Source of the DNA: a virus
Strand: one strand, 5' to 3'
IMG/VR virus record: IMGVR_UViG_3300037247_000924
Length of the DNA stretch: 64,000 nt
Position 1 is the first letter of the stretch, and the number at the start of each line of letters is the position of its first letter. The position numbers and the translations under genes are program-made. This document shows positions 45,148 to 57,359 of the stretch, one piece after another. A model generated the notes under the pieces. The model saw only the letters and a program-made list of their open reading frames with translations, did no database searches and was not told where the DNA came from.

Positions 45148-46490
45148 AAGAAGTAACACTACCAACTAAGCTCAGGGAAATAGCCAATAGTATTGCTAAA
45201 TCTGGCGGTGAAAGCTATCTGGTTGGTGGCGCAGTCATTGATATCCTTCAAGACAGAGAGCTAAAGGACTGGGATATTGAAGTATATAAGCTCAGCTTAG
45301 AACAGTTACAGAGTATCTTATCAACCCATGGTAAGCCAAGCCTGGTAGGTAAATCTTTTGGCGTTATTAAGATACGCATCGATGAAATAGAGTATGATTT
45401 TAGTATCCCGAGAAAAGAAAACCGATCAGGAGTAGGGCATAAAGACTTTAATATTGAGCTGGTACCGTTTATTTCCCATAAAGAAGCTGCAGAAAGGCGC
45501 GACCTTACCATTAATTCGATGTTCTATAATCTTCTTGATGGTACATTTAAGGACCCATACAATGGGATGGCTGATCTTGAAGCCGGCGTACTCCGTCACG
45601 TATCAGATAAGTTTACCGAGGACCCACTAAGAGTACTTAGGATTATGCAGCTACTCCCAAGAAAAGGTAATAGAGTGGACGCAAAGACTATTGAGCTATG
45701 TAGATCATTATCTCCAGAGTTTCCTTCACTGGTCAAGGAAAGAGTTTTTGAGGAGTGGAATAAGCTTATGAGATCACCAAAGCCTTCACGTGGACTATAC
45801 TTTCTTGAGAAATGTGACTGGATTAAATGGTTTCCTGATCTTGATGCATTGCGTGAAACGGGTCAGAACCCTGAGCATCACCCAGAGGGGAGTGTGTGGA
45901 CACATACCTTAATGGTGGTTAATAATGCGGCTCAGTTAAGAAAAGATGTTCCAGAAGAGTGGCAACTGGCTTATATGTACGGGACACTATTGCATGACGT
46001 AGGTAAGCCATCCACGACACTGGAGGATTTTACAGCATATGGCCATGAAGATGTAGGAGAGGCTATTGCAGTTGAGTTTATGAGGAGGCTCACAGATGAC
46101 AAGGATTTAATAGAGAAGGTGGCTAGTATCGTTGGTAATCACATGCGCCCCTGGAATCTGACTTCTGGCGGCGGAAAGAAATCAGCGTGGAAGCGGTTAC
46201 ATAATGACATTCCACTGAACATTATAGGCATGGTTTCAAAAGCTGATGGATCAGCAAGTAGGGGCCGGTCTTTAGGTGACTATCACAAGCCAAGCGAGAA
46301 GTGTTTTGAAGTATTCGAAGAGTTAGGAGCGATTGAAGATAAGATACCGCCAGTTCTTATGGGCAGGGACCTAATAGAGGCTGGAATAGAACCAGGACCA
46401 CAATTTAAGGAAATACTTGATCAAGCCTACAATATACAGATTGAGGAGGATATTATAGATAAAGAACTATTATTAAAAAGGGTACTATGA
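45144..46490 (+). CDS. cca: CCA-adding tRNA nucleotidyltransferase with HD domain
   Basis: YLVGGAVID...KDWDIE, RRDLTINSM, EDPLRVLR, ERVFEEW, HHPEGSVWTH, LLHDVGK. Confidence 0.93.
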   Translation: MKEVTLPTKLREIANSIAKSGGESYLVGGAVIDILQDRELKDWDIEVYKLSLEQLQSILSTHGKPSLVGKSFGVIKIRIDEIEYDFSIPRKENRSGVGHKDFNIELVPFISHKEAAERRDLTINSMFYNLLDGTFKDPYNGMADLEAGVLRHVSDKFTEDPLRVLRIMQLLPRKGNRVDAKTIELCRSLSPEFPSLVKERVFEEWNKLMRSPKPSRGLYFLEKCDWIKWFPDLDALRETGQNPEHHPEGSVWTHTLMVVNNAAQLRKDVPEEWQLAYMYGTLLHDVGKPSTTLEDFTAYGHEDVGEAIAVEFMRRLTDDKDLIEKVASIVGNHMRPWNLTSGGGKKSAWKRLHNDIPLNIIGMVSKADGSASRGRSLGDYHKPSEKCFEVFEELGAIEDKIPPVLMGRDLIEAGIEPGPQFKEILDQAYNIQIEEDIIDKELLLKRVL

Positions 46491-47578
46491 AAGGAATGGA
46501 TATAAATTACTTAGACGACAATAAATTAGTATTATTCGAAGCAGTCAGTGGGTCCAGAGCCTACGGTACCGCTACAGAGACCTCGGATACCGATACCCGT
46601 GGGGTATTCATTCTGCCACAGGATAATATACTGGGTATGCACTACACCGAACAGGTGAATAATACATCGAACGATACTATATTCTATGAGGCTAGGCGAT
46701 TCCTGCAGCTCCTCAGTAAGAATAATCCCAATATTATGGAGCTTCTGTTTATGCCCAAAGATAGTGTGCTTAGGTCCCACCCTATTTATAATCTATTATT
46801 GGAGCACAGAGAGGAGTTCATTACTAAGCAGTGTGCTAAGACTTTTGGAGGGTATGCAATAGCTCAAATCAAGAAGGCTAGGGGGATGAATAAGAAGATT
46901 GTGAATCCTATAGCCAAAGAGAGAAAGACACCATTAGATTTTTGTTATATGATAATGGAGGATGGGTACTCAGTCATGCCACTAAATGATTGGCTAAAAA
47001 CAACAGGTTTTGATCAGATGAATTGCGGACTAGCCAATATACCGCACATGAGAGATATGTATTCTATATTCCATGATGATTCAAATCCTAGTTCATTCAG
47101 GGGTATTGTCTCTGAGGATGACGGTAATGAACTACGCCTAAGCTCTATTCCGGAGGGACGTACCTGCTTTGGCTCTATGAACTACAATAAAGACGGCTAC
47201 TCAAAGTACTGTAAGGATTATAAACTGTATTGGGACTGGGTAGAGAAGCGTAATCCTGCAAGATACAATGATACCGTAGAGCATGGCAAGGGGTATGATG
47301 GGAAGAACCTAGGGCATTGTCACCGGTTACTAGATATGGCCATTGAAATTGGTAGTGGTCAGGGAGTTAATGTTCGTAGGCCCAACAGGGAGGAGTTACT
47401 AAGTATCCGAAGGGGTGAGTATGATTATGACGAGCTGATCAAGGACGCAGAAGAGAAGCTAAAGAAACTGAATACTGTATTTGATAATTGTAACCTACCA
47501 AAAGATGTAGACAGCGACATGGTAGATAAGCTACTAATAGAGATGCGACACGAATTTCACCTTAACCACGGACAATGA
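46487..47578 (+). CDS. Pol-beta-like nucleotidyltransferase (RlaP/Nuc-transf family)
   Basis: SGSRAYG...SDTDTRGVF, NNPNIMELLF, YDGKNLGHCHRLL. Confidence 0.85.
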   Translation: MKGMDINYLDDNKLVLFEAVSGSRAYGTATETSDTDTRGVFILPQDNILGMHYTEQVNNTSNDTIFYEARRFLQLLSKNNPNIMELLFMPKDSVLRSHPIYNLLLEHREEFITKQCAKTFGGYAIAQIKKARGMNKKIVNPIAKERKTPLDFCYMIMEDGYSVMPLNDWLKTTGFDQMNCGLANIPHMRDMYSIFHDDSNPSSFRGIVSEDDGNELRLSSIPEGRTCFGSMNYNKDGYSKYCKDYKLYWDWVEKRNPARYNDTVEHGKGYDGKNLGHCHRLLDMAIEIGSGQGVNVRRPNREELLSIRRGEYDYDELIKDAEEKLKKLNTVFDNCNLPKDVDSDMVDKLLIEMRHEFHLNHGQ

Positions 47579-48312
47579 AAGACGCAATAGGAGACAGAAT
47601 GAAGGCGAATTACGAGAACAGAACTCGTATTTATTTACCAAGAAGAAGCTTTACCATCATCCGAATAGATGGTAAAGCATTTCATACCTACACAAGAGGC
47701 ATGGAAACTCCATTTGATGATGGACTTATAGAAGACATGGACCTTACGGCGGCCTATCTGTGCCAGAATATAATGGGTGCTAAGTTTGCCTTTGTTCAAT
47801 CAGATGAGATATCTATATTACTTACAGATTTTGAGGAAATAGGGACCCAGAGCTGGTTCGACAGTAATATCCAAAAGATGTGTAGCGTATCAGCCTCACA
47901 GGCAACAGTTGGTTTTAATTCGGCAAGATTAAAACGAACAGGAGAAGCAGATATGAAATGGGCCGAGTTTGATAGTCGCGTATTCCAGATACCTCAAAAA
48001 GCAGAGGTTGAGAATTACTTCATCTGGAGACAGCAGGACACTACCCGGAATTCAATATCATCGGTAGCGCAGTCTCTATACAGCCATAAGGAGCTGAATG
48101 GAGTAAAAACAGATCAGCAGCAAGAAATGATATTTCAAAAAGGCATTAACTGGAATGATTACCCAGCCAAATACAAGAGGGGGCGAATGATTGAAAGACA
48201 GACCTATGAAAAGGCTCCTGAAGTAATGAGATCAAGATGGGTAAGTATTGAGGTGCCTGTATTTACTCAAGAAAGGGAGTTTCTGGCTGAACGAATACCT
48301 AATAATCAATAG
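47575..48312 (+). CDS. thg1: tRNA(His) guanylyltransferase Thg1-like protein
   Basis: IRIDGKAFH, FVQSDEIS, FDSRVF, YFIWRQQDTTRNS. Confidence 0.92.
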   Translation: MKDAIGDRMKANYENRTRIYLPRRSFTIIRIDGKAFHTYTRGMETPFDDGLIEDMDLTAAYLCQNIMGAKFAFVQSDEISILLTDFEEIGTQSWFDSNIQKMCSVSASQATVGFNSARLKRTGEADMKWAEFDSRVFQIPQKAEVENYFIWRQQDTTRNSISSVAQSLYSHKELNGVKTDQQQEMIFQKGINWNDYPAKYKRGRMIERQTYEKAPEVMRSRWVSIEVPVFTQEREFLAERIPNNQ

Positions 48313-48441
48313 AATGAAACTACTCAGCCCAAATAACGAAGTACCTACCGAGTGGATACAGTTTTATGTTGTCATGTATAACTTGATGGCGGCTAAGCAT
48401 AAGAGATTAACAGAGAAACGATTTAAACCGACAAAGAAATC

Positions 48442-50979
48442 ATGAATCCCGGAAAATTATCAACTAGCTTCTCTATCAAGATGTCTGAGGAGTATTTTCC
48501 CACAGGCTTTCAGAAGGGTGATAAAATACAGATAGGTGGGTATAAAGGTACACTTACAGTATTAGAGGTGAAAGATACTAATGAGATCGAGGTTGGATAT
48601 CCAACTATATGGTGGAGAATTAAATATTACGTGTCAATTAAGTGGAGTAAACTACAAATAGCAATATCATGGATAAAGGAAAAGTTAAAAAGGAATTAAG
48701 CCCTGCTGAGAGGGAGTTCTTTGAAGAGTATGGTGCAGGAATGAATGATGCACAGATAAGGTTTGTCTGTATGGGTTTTGCAGCAGTTGAAAAGATGAAG
48801 AATCCGGACCGAACCCTACTGGATAAGGTTTTAGAACAAGTCGAGGATATGCCGCTAAATAATGACGGCAAAACGTTTGAATGGAAGCTGCAAGGAAAAG
48901 GTAAAAGCGAAACCGTATCCCTGATAGACGAGCTAAAGCCTCTACAGGAAGAAAACAATAAGCTGATGAATAAATTCCAAAAAGAGGAACTAGAGAAATA
49001 CTACATTCCTGAAATATCAGAGTTCCATGTGGGATTTGAGTACGAATGGTCAGAAGACGGTAGCAAGATATGGATAGAGGAAACAGCTGATCAAGACGAT
49101 GTTCTTTTAGCATATTCTAGTTATGAGCATAATGATGAGTACAATGAAGAATATAGAGTAAAGTATCTGGACAGGGAGGATATTAAGAGCGAGGGTTGGA
49201 TATGGGAAGACTCCTTACTAGGCCTAAAGTCTCCCCAGAACTATAGCTTTGGAGATTATTGGATGATCTGTAATTATGATAAAACAGTAAAGATTAAGAA
49301 AAGAGGAGGTGAAACCTTGTTCTGTGGAACAATCAAAAATAAATCAAAATTTAAAGGGATACTGCAACAAGTAGGTATCCTGCAAAGATGAACGGAAGCA
49401 CTAAGCGCCAAGCCAGCCGGGTCGTTCAAAAAGCTCGTCAAGGAAGTGGCAGTACCGGTTTGCTGGAGTCGAGGGTACTTTCCAAATACTAGAAATATGA
49501 CAGACCTAAGAATAGAGGTATACCCAGTCATTAACACTAACCTGCCAGAGGCTACTAAGCTAATGAATAGAAAAAGTGATCAATTTGAATCAAGAGTGGT
49601 GGAGATTATTGTCGGGGATCGGGAAAGCCTGGTGATCGTAGAATTAAAAGGATCCTACCCTTTCATTACCGAACAATGGGAAAAAGTAATTAATGCAACA
49701 AATTAGAAAATTATGAGCAAACCAGAAATGAAAACCTATGAGATTCCGGGTAAGTACGGAATAAACGATATTAAATCATTATGCGCATGGTGGGGTGGAT
49801 GGGGCCAAGGCGATATGCATGGCGATAGTGATGTAAATGGTGACCATCGCTTTATGAGCTTCCAATTCGGGGAAGATATTGATCAAACGGACCAGAAGGC
49901 TATTGACGCTGAGATTAAGAGAAGAGAGCAGCAGAACATTGAGTATATAGAGGACCTTAAGGAGCTCGGTGCTTATGGAACTGAATATATTACTTCCTTT
50001 ACATTAGCTCATAATCCGTTGCTTGATGATCCGAAACGCGTAAAACCAGATACAAAATCATATCGCTATACAATACTAGACCTCAGTAAGGTTCCGGAAA
50101 AGAAACCGCTCGTATTTAAAGAGTATGAGGTATGGATGGGTAATTGTGGTAGTATGGGGCAAGGAGATCATGGCCCAACCGAACCAAGAATGCTTGGAAA
50201 AGTCAAAGCTACATCATTCAATATAGCTTGTGTGATTTATGAGCATCAAAGTGCCATTGATCATTTAAACCTCAGAATGAACCGTGGAGATACTCATATA
50301 GAGGACATCCATTTCGGGGGCTGGTGCTATACACCCAAAGATAATAGGAATTCCTGGACAGGTAAGTATTACGAATCAGAGCAAGAGGCTCTTAAATCAT
50401 TCAAATAAAAATATGACAGATCAAGAAATACTAAGATCAGCTTTAGAGAAGGCTGCAGAAAATGGAAGTGAGATAGCGAAAGGTTATGTCGAACGAATAA
50501 CCGCCCCTGGTACCCAAGACTGGAATTCAGAATTTGTATGTAGGGCCGCTTGCCTAACAAAAGACTTCGCAATTGCTTTTTGGGGAGAGGATCCTGTAGG
50601 TCTACGTACGTATGAGATATCCGATCCTATAGTAGAAGGGGAACCAGTAACCTTTGTTGGTACCTACGTCTTGGAGGATAATCCAGTTCAATACCTTGAG
50701 CAGTTTTTGAAGAGGGACTAATCTATGATACAAATAAATAAGAAAACCTGGACGAATCCATTCCAAGAAGGCGGTATCCCATTTACCGAAACACGGATAA
50801 GGGCATCAATGACTCATAAAGGAAAGGAGTTTTTTGAAGATTATGTACTCCTGAGCACTAGTGACGTTACAGAGCCGCAAGCTATTGAGTTTCTTAAAAC
50901 AAAATTAAGGGAAAGTGTCAGGAGTTATAATATTCATGCTGCAGCTCATCGTACAGATCAAATACTTTCTGCCAATTAG
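48442..50979 (+). other. Cluster of hypothetical ORFs
   Basis: 48442..48699, 48669..49391, 49713..50408, 50413..50721, 50725..50979; converges with the - strand block at about 50950. Confidence 0.55.
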
Positions 50980-51421
50980 GGCTCTTCTCCAACAGCTTCT
51001 CTCGGGGTAGGTTATGCCACTGAAAATGTTCCTGGGGTGTTTTAAGTACAATATTCTTATCGTATAACCGATAGCCAGGATATGCCGCCTTGGTCAACAA
51101 ATGACTGAACATGCTCACATTCATCTCCTCACCCAAATCTACGCCTGAAACAAACGATACGTGTGGCCGTGTTTCCCAAATTGACTGAAATAGGACCAGC
51201 TCCCCTGTCGGTTTACGTGGTTTCTGCTTTATAGGAGAGCGTTTAAGCTGCTTTCTAGGCCTTTGTGCCCAGTTTATGCTTTTCTTTGGTTTTCGAGCTT
51301 CTAGGCGCTCCGTATTACATGTAGCGCAGTATTTATTAGGTAATATCTTCTTGACGATAGGCTGCTCGGAAGTTCCTGCGGGGCATTCAGTGCAGAATCC
51401 TAGTTTATATTGGAGACTCAC
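50918..51421 (-). CDS. NinG/HNH-like recombination endonuclease
   Basis: CxxC...CxxC N-terminus; FSHLLTK...NIVLKT..EHFQWHN. Confidence 0.6.
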   Translation of the reverse strand: MSLQYKLGFCTECPAGTSEQPIVKKILPNKYCATCNTERLEARKPKKSINWAQRPRKQLKRSPIKQKPRKPTGELVLFQSIWETRPHVSFVSGVDLGEEMNVSMFSHLLTKAAYPGYRLYDKNIVLKTPQEHFQWHNLPREKLLEKSPNWQKVFDLYDELQHEYYNS

Positions 51422-51984
51422 GTTTGATATATCTCAATTCGTCCCTCACCTTCATAGCACCAGATCTTAGTTATGCGTCCATCCCAAATATGAGAATCAT
51501 CCCTACACAAAGAATCTAAAATTCCTTTTTCTATGTTATCCTTATCTGGCTTCTGTTTATGTGGACAACCAGCATTTAGTTTTTTCTTCTTCTTTGACCA
51601 ACTCCTAGCCATGGGAATATAACACACCATCCACCAAAAGGCTTCAGGCATAGTGAAATTTGCTCCCTTCGCAATAGATACCAGCTGATCTTTATAAACC
51701 CAATACCTTAGCACTTCCGGCCTTTTCTTCCAAGCATCACTCTTAACCATTCTTACCTTCCCTATGGGTGTGACCGGAAACGTTATCAAAAGCTTATGTG
51801 ATTGTAAATCAGGTAGCGTTAAGTACTCCATTGGAAATGAGGGATCATGAGCCTGTACAAACTCGGGCTTGGTTTTGAATGGTATCATGGTCGCGCTTTT
51901 CTTCTTTTTACCCTTGGGCTCCCAAGAACCATCCTCCTGCTCTACTAGCCCCATTCCCCTCATTTCTTCCTTAGTGACTCCCAT
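51418..51984 (-). CDS. rusA: RusA-like Holliday junction resolvase
   Basis: PHKQKPDKDNIEKGILDSL...DDSHIWDGRITKIW. Confidence 0.85.
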   Translation of the reverse strand: MGVTKEEMRGMGLVEQEDGSWEPKGKKKKSATMIPFKTKPEFVQAHDPSFPMEYLTLPDLQSHKLLITFPVTPIGKVRMVKSDAWKKRPEVLRYWVYKDQLVSIAKGANFTMPEAFWWMVCYIPMARSWSKKKKKLNAGCPHKQKPDKDNIEKGILDSLCRDDSHIWDGRITKIWCYEGEGRIEIYQT

Positions 51985-51998
51985 ATTTTTACTTTATT

Positions 51999-53813
51999 TC
52001 ACTCCCAGATGTTTTCGCTACTGAATTTACCCCGGTTCTTGTTTATACGGTGTCGGGTTTGAAGGGTTCTTAATGTTTTGGGCCAAACACCGAGAATCTT
52101 TGCAGAGCGTTGTTGATTGTGGCCGATGTTGAGAACAAGTAGTATTCTATCCCTTTCAGCTGCTAGTAGGCTGTCTGAGCCGTTGTATTGGTATCTTTCG
52201 TAGATTGTCATTATTTTTTATACCTGATTAAGTGGTGCGATTTTGCACACGGTGGAGACAACTTTTTTAGTCTGTTGGTGAGGGGGCGTTTCTAATTGAA
52301 TCGAAGTCTGGTGTCCAGATACCATTCGTTTCTTTCATTTTACACTCTCTAGCACATATATCCCTTTGCTCCTTGCACTTAGATTCAATAAGAGCTTCGA
52401 GTTCAGTGGTCATTTCTCTCACCCTTTTTCCATGATTAGCCACTATTACGTTGGCATATTTTACAACAAACATTGATGTTAATGTTATCTCTTTACTCAT
52501 TATCCTTCTGTGTTAGTGTTAGGTGGCTCTGGGAGGGGTTGCCATTTTGTAACATTCTGTCCCATATGCCCGATTCTAGCCCAAGATAAATCAGAACTTA
52601 CCGGATTGATACGCTCAAGCCAACCGAATGTTACCAATCCCTTATCTTGAATATAGATAATTACTTTCTTTCCAGCTTCCGGCAATCGCTCCTCTACACT
52701 TATCCACTTGCCTTGCTCTTTGGCGTAGGATTCAGCGAAACCAATCATGTTGGCGTAAGTAAACATTGTCTCGCCCTGAAGTATTGCTGCTGTGTCACTG
52801 TATTCTTTAAGGTGCTTCTCTACTCTCTTCATATCTCTCTATGTTATCCCCTTGAATTAACTTAATCCTTTCAGATATTCTTTATCTACACAATTCTCGC
52901 ATTTACATTTTCCTTCTTCCTTTGCCTCACCCTGTTTGCTGGAGAGGATTTTATACATTCCTTTAAGGTAACCCGTGTACAGGCTTCGCCAATCATAATC
53001 CATATTGTCTTTCATGAATAAATTAGCAAAATCCCTCGATTCTTGTTTTATATCTTCATCACTCGGCAGCTCTCTAGTTTTAGTACCAGATAAGAATATA
53101 CCATAATTAACGCCGCGCACAAACGCTCTCCTTTGACGCGCTGATGTAGTATAGAACTTTTCAGCCTCTTCTTGTATTTTGTCAGGTGTCGACAGCTCTC
53201 TCTCTGCTATGGGAGGGGAGGCGTGCTTATGATAATCCTCAGCAAACTTAATCATCAAATCACCACGTATGGCATCTATTGATTTTTTCCATTTCTCATC
53301 TTTTCTTTTTTCTCGGTAAAATTCTTTTGCTTCCATGCCTGTCTAATTAAGTGGGGTTAGTCTTTCTTGTTAGTACTATTCGTTACCAATCCTAGAAGCC
53401 AAAAAAGTCCAAAAAGACCCCAGTTTACAGGTATACCACACCATAATGGAATAGTAACATTATACCACAACCAATCAGTATGTATGGTTAATTTCAATAC
53501 TGCCAATACTATGAATATCGCACACATTAAAATAGTGAGTTTTATTGTTCTGTTTAACGTAATATCTCCGCTTCCTTTCATCGTTCTTTTGGTTTAATTA
53601 TTAATATTAACTTTTGATTAATGTAGCTGATATTGAAAGCATGGTTTCCCCTTCTCGTAATGGGCATTTATCTGGTACATGAATTTCTGTCAATCCATAA
53701 GAACAATAAATCTCACGAATATTACAACCATTCGCAGTACTGAACGGACAACTAGCCTTAGGTTTTTGATCTTCCTTATGTGAATGTTTTACAGATATTT
53801 TATGAGGGCTCAT
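51999..53813 (-). other. Cluster of short hypothetical ORFs
   Basis: Includes an HTH-like ORF (51999..52211), a WISVEERLP/DUF551-like ORF (52500..52832) and a membrane protein (53357..53581). Confidence 0.55.
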
Positions 53814-53846
53814 CGTTCTTGTTGTTTAACTGTTAGGGGAGTGGGG

Positions 53847-54317
53847 TTAACGAGACCTAAACCATTTCACCTCAACAAAATGCCCAGGCAATACGCTAGT
53901 TCCTATTCTATTTATAGCCAAATCCCCAAAAGGGAATAATACACTTCCTACATTGTTTGACGAAGATCCACCCTCAAAATTTATCTTCTTTCCCATTACA
54001 AAGTAAGTTCCGACCTTCGCAGCCAATGGGCCAAACCAAGGAGCCGAACCCCTTTCCGGTAGAATTAAGATTCCGTTATTATGCTGAATCATTTTCTCTA
54101 TCCAGATCTCTTTTTCAGAGAAAGGAGGATTACACCAGACAAATCCAAACCAAGGTTCTTTTAGCCCGTTTTGATTGCGACCATCCCAATAATTAACCTC
54201 TCCTATTTGAGTATGCTCACCAGCACAAGGATCTAAATCGAACGGCCCTAATGCATCAACCATGTAACCAGGAGTTTTTAATATGTCGTTCTTCTTCATC
54301 ACGTCGTTTTTATACAC
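53847..54317 (-). CDS. Phage DNA N6-adenine methyltransferase (Dam-like)
   Basis: TPGYMVDALGPFDLDPC...VWCNPPFS. Confidence 0.85.
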   Translation of the reverse strand: MYKNDVMKKNDILKTPGYMVDALGPFDLDPCAGEHTQIGEVNYWDGRNQNGLKEPWFGFVWCNPPFSEKEIWIEKMIQHNNGILILPERGSAPWFGPLAAKVGTYFVMGKKINFEGGSSSNNVGSVLFPFGDLAINRIGTSVLPGHFVEVKWFRSR

Positions 54318-55956
54318 GTCTTAAATGAGGTCGGAGCAGGCGACGTGTTAGCCTTGTTGAACAGAACCGCTAAGTATCTGACTCCGGTATAAAGATAAGT
54401 ATTTTATATTGATTAATCAATCCTTCTTGTATTACCCCAATACTAGGGGAGGTTAGTTAAAAATCTCCACATTCCGAATCATCACAACATCCACCATAGA
54501 TAGATTCATGTTTTAGTATCGGCTTACCACAGCAACCACATTTCAATCCTGATGGTCTGCGTATTCGTTGATTTGGTACTATTTTAGTATCACGTAACAA
54601 GAGTTGGGATTGCTTTTCAAGAGCCGAAAGTAATTTCTTTCGTATCGCTCCCCAATTCGTATCAGCACCATTTCGCTTGGCTATCTGATAACAAGATGTT
54701 AGTAGATCATTAGATTCTCGTAACGTGTCAAATATTTCTTTTGCATTCATCCTTTCTTGTATTACCCCAAAATGGGAGTTAGTTAAACCTAGTTCTATTC
54801 GGTTGCTTTTTTGATGGCTTTATGATTCGCCTCAATACACCTGCTTATTCCCGCAATACATGAAGCGTTTAATGACTTCTCGTTTGTAATTAACTCCTCA
54901 ATTTCTGCGAATACAGCTAATGAAATCAGATTAGCATCATGACTTTCCGGTGCTGCTGCAATCAGTTTAGCGTTGGCTTTAGCCTCTTCTGCATCCTCGC
55001 TGGGCTCTCCATTTTCTTTGTGGTGCAATTCAATATCGCAGACTATATTTTCATCTGTCCCTTTTCTATACCTGCTGTACTTGATGGAACCTTTCCTTTG
55101 GCTCTAATCTTAGCTTCACGGTTTGTAACATACCTTCCTGTTTTTCTTAATCTATTCATTGAACTTGACATAATTGTTGTTTTTATTATTGATTAGTTAT
55201 TGTTTACCCCATCAAATACACCAAAATCAGCATTAGCAGGGTGGTTAGTAGCTCTTGTTTGTTGTAGTAGAATTTCATGGTTATTGATTTCCGATTAAAT
55301 TATCTACAGGCCGGTGCTTGTCCATGCAGAGCAAGTGGAGCTCTAGCCACTCTATACTGATCTCCAGAGCAATAAAGGTTCTCTTTTCGCTGTGGAACAC
55401 CTGGTAGTAGTGGCCCTTCACATTCGGACTGTTCTGGAACTTGATACTTACTCGGTCCCGATCTTTTACCAGGGGTTCAACGAAATAGCCGTCACGGTAT
55501 CTCCATCCATGGTCTTCCAGATACTTTGTAGTGAGCTGAGTGCCGTCTTTTAATCTGTTAGCTACGAACTTGCGCGCTAGCTCATATATCAGTTTTTTCA
55601 ATTTCTTCATTTGGATTAATTTGATAATTGTACCCCCAGGGCTTCTTGCCCCAAAGGCTTTTTAAATACTTCTTTACCCAGGCCATTGCATCCTTCTTGG
55701 TCTTTCGGTGCTCCACCGGCACCGTGTAGGTTGCTGGCATTCTCTTGTAATGAACGCATCGTATTTCTGTTACCCTAATAGCCAATGCTTTTTTCTTGGT
55801 TTATAATCGTCTGATCCCACCACTTCCTCCTGAGCCATTTCTGCCTCCCTGTCAAGATCCATGATCTCCACCAATGCTATATCTTTCGATACTATAGCCT
55901 GGACCCCACAGGGAAGCGTTATTTTTATATGGTTATTCATTGTAACTTATTGATTA

Positions 55957-56682
55957 TCAAAAAGGAAGATCATTCTTCTCAGTATCAGGCACTTGCGTAG
56001 ATTCTTCTGGCTTATCTTCCTGCTTCACAATCTGATCACTCACATCAAAGTTTTTCGCTTTAATAGACTCCCCAAGAGTACTCGACTCCTCAACAGCTTT
56101 TTTAAGAGGATCCTCTTTATCTAAAGATTGGGCTGCGCCTGCAAACATTCCATCCTTACTCATTCGAGCAAAAGCCTCAATGAACTTAGGTGCAATAATC
56201 TGAGTTATCTTCTCTGTCCACATCCTATTAAGACGGTCATAGTTTTTATCATCACCTTCACCATCAATTAGCTTGGAGAACTCATCATATTTCCACTTCC
56301 AGCTCAGAGCCGACCCCTCATCTATAGATACAAATACACTGGGGTATCCTCCACTCTCCTTGCTTACGACCACCTGTATTTGAACCTTCCCAGGAAACTT
56401 TACTGTCATCAGACAATTTAATATCGCCCGACTCATAGAGTTAAATGGAATTTCAAACTGGTACTTATTATCACCATCCTTCAGGTGCATGATGTATGTT
56501 TGAATTATTTTTCCCCTGTGCTCAAACTCATCGAAGGTGAATTTAGAAATGTATCCACTCAGATAATCTCCCGTAGTTACCTTTCCATTGTCTTTATAGT
56601 GAAATACCGGTGTTTCACCTTGCTTTGTTCCTTTTAGAGAGACGAATATTGGTAAGTCTCTTTCTTTTGTTCCATGTCCCAT
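55957..56682 (-). CDS. Putative ssDNA-binding protein
   Basis: OB-like beta-rich N-terminus; acidic tail ending DLPF. Confidence 0.5.
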   Translation of the reverse strand: MGHGTKERDLPIFVSLKGTKQGETPVFHYKDNGKVTTGDYLSGYISKFTFDEFEHRGKIIQTYIMHLKDGDNKYQFEIPFNSMSRAILNCLMTVKFPGKVQIQVVVSKESGGYPSVFVSIDEGSALSWKWKYDEFSKLIDGEGDDKNYDRLNRMWTEKITQIIAPKFIEAFARMSKDGMFAGAAQSLDKEDPLKKAVEESSTLGESIKAKNFDVSDQIVKQEDKPEESTQVPDTEKNDLPF

Positions 56683-56732
56683 AATAATTGATTGTTTAGT
56701 TGTTGATTATTGATTAATATATTTAATTTTTA

Positions 56733-57359
56733 TTATCTCATACCTGAAATTGTGAATATCGAATCCCCTGTACTGAAACCCGTTTGTATCTCCTCTATCT
56801 TATCCCAGTCGTAGTTATACTCATCGAGCAGGTCTTTGGATTTATTCAAAAAGTCAAGGCCTTCTTTTGCTTTTGCCACTTTTCGCTCAATATCATCTAC
56901 CTGCGACTGTACAGCCTGGGCTAAAATATTGTCTCCTTCACCCTTCTTGTTAATCCGCTTCTTAACCTGCTCCAGCTTTCCAACCTCTTTATTGGCCATT
57001 CGAATAGACTTCTCTGTAGCCCTAATATTCTCTCGCATTGTATCCCTGAATATTTTAATCAGATCAACCTTATTTGGATTATCCACTTTCTGTGCGATCT
57101 CCAGAAATATAGACCCTACCATCTCCCTGAACTTAGATAGAAACGGTATTTCTCGGCTTCTCTCTCCAGTGGCATCAAATCGCTCCCTCTTCTCAGGGTT
57201 GGTTAGTAATGTATATGCTTCCATCATTTCTTTAAATTTCTCCTCGTCTCCACCATTGTCCGGGTGTAGATCCTTTGCCAAGAGGCGCATGCGCTTAGTA
57301 ATATCAAATTTTGTGAAGTCTTTCCCGACTCCCATTATTTTGTATGGATCCCAGGTCAT
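56733..57359 (-). CDS. J-domain (DnaJ-like) protein
   Basis: DPYKIMGV...LAKDLHPD...FKEMMEAYTLL...RERFD. Confidence 0.85.
   Translation of the reverse strand: MTWDPYKIMGVGKDFTKFDITKRMRLLAKDLHPDNGGDEEKFKEMMEAYTLLTNPEKRERFDATGERSREIPFLSKFREMVGSIFLEIAQKVDNPNKVDLIKIFRDTMRENIRATEKSIRMANKEVGKLEQVKKRINKKGEGDNILAQAVQSQVDDIERKVAKAKEGLDFLNKSKDLLDEYNYDWDKIEEIQTGFSTGDSIFTISGMR

Noticed and set aside
54795-55172. Amber readthrough restoring a longer ANAKLIAAAP-family gene
   Set aside because: There is one in-frame TAG upstream and a competing short ORF; truncation or recombination is simpler, and there is no suppressor tRNA.
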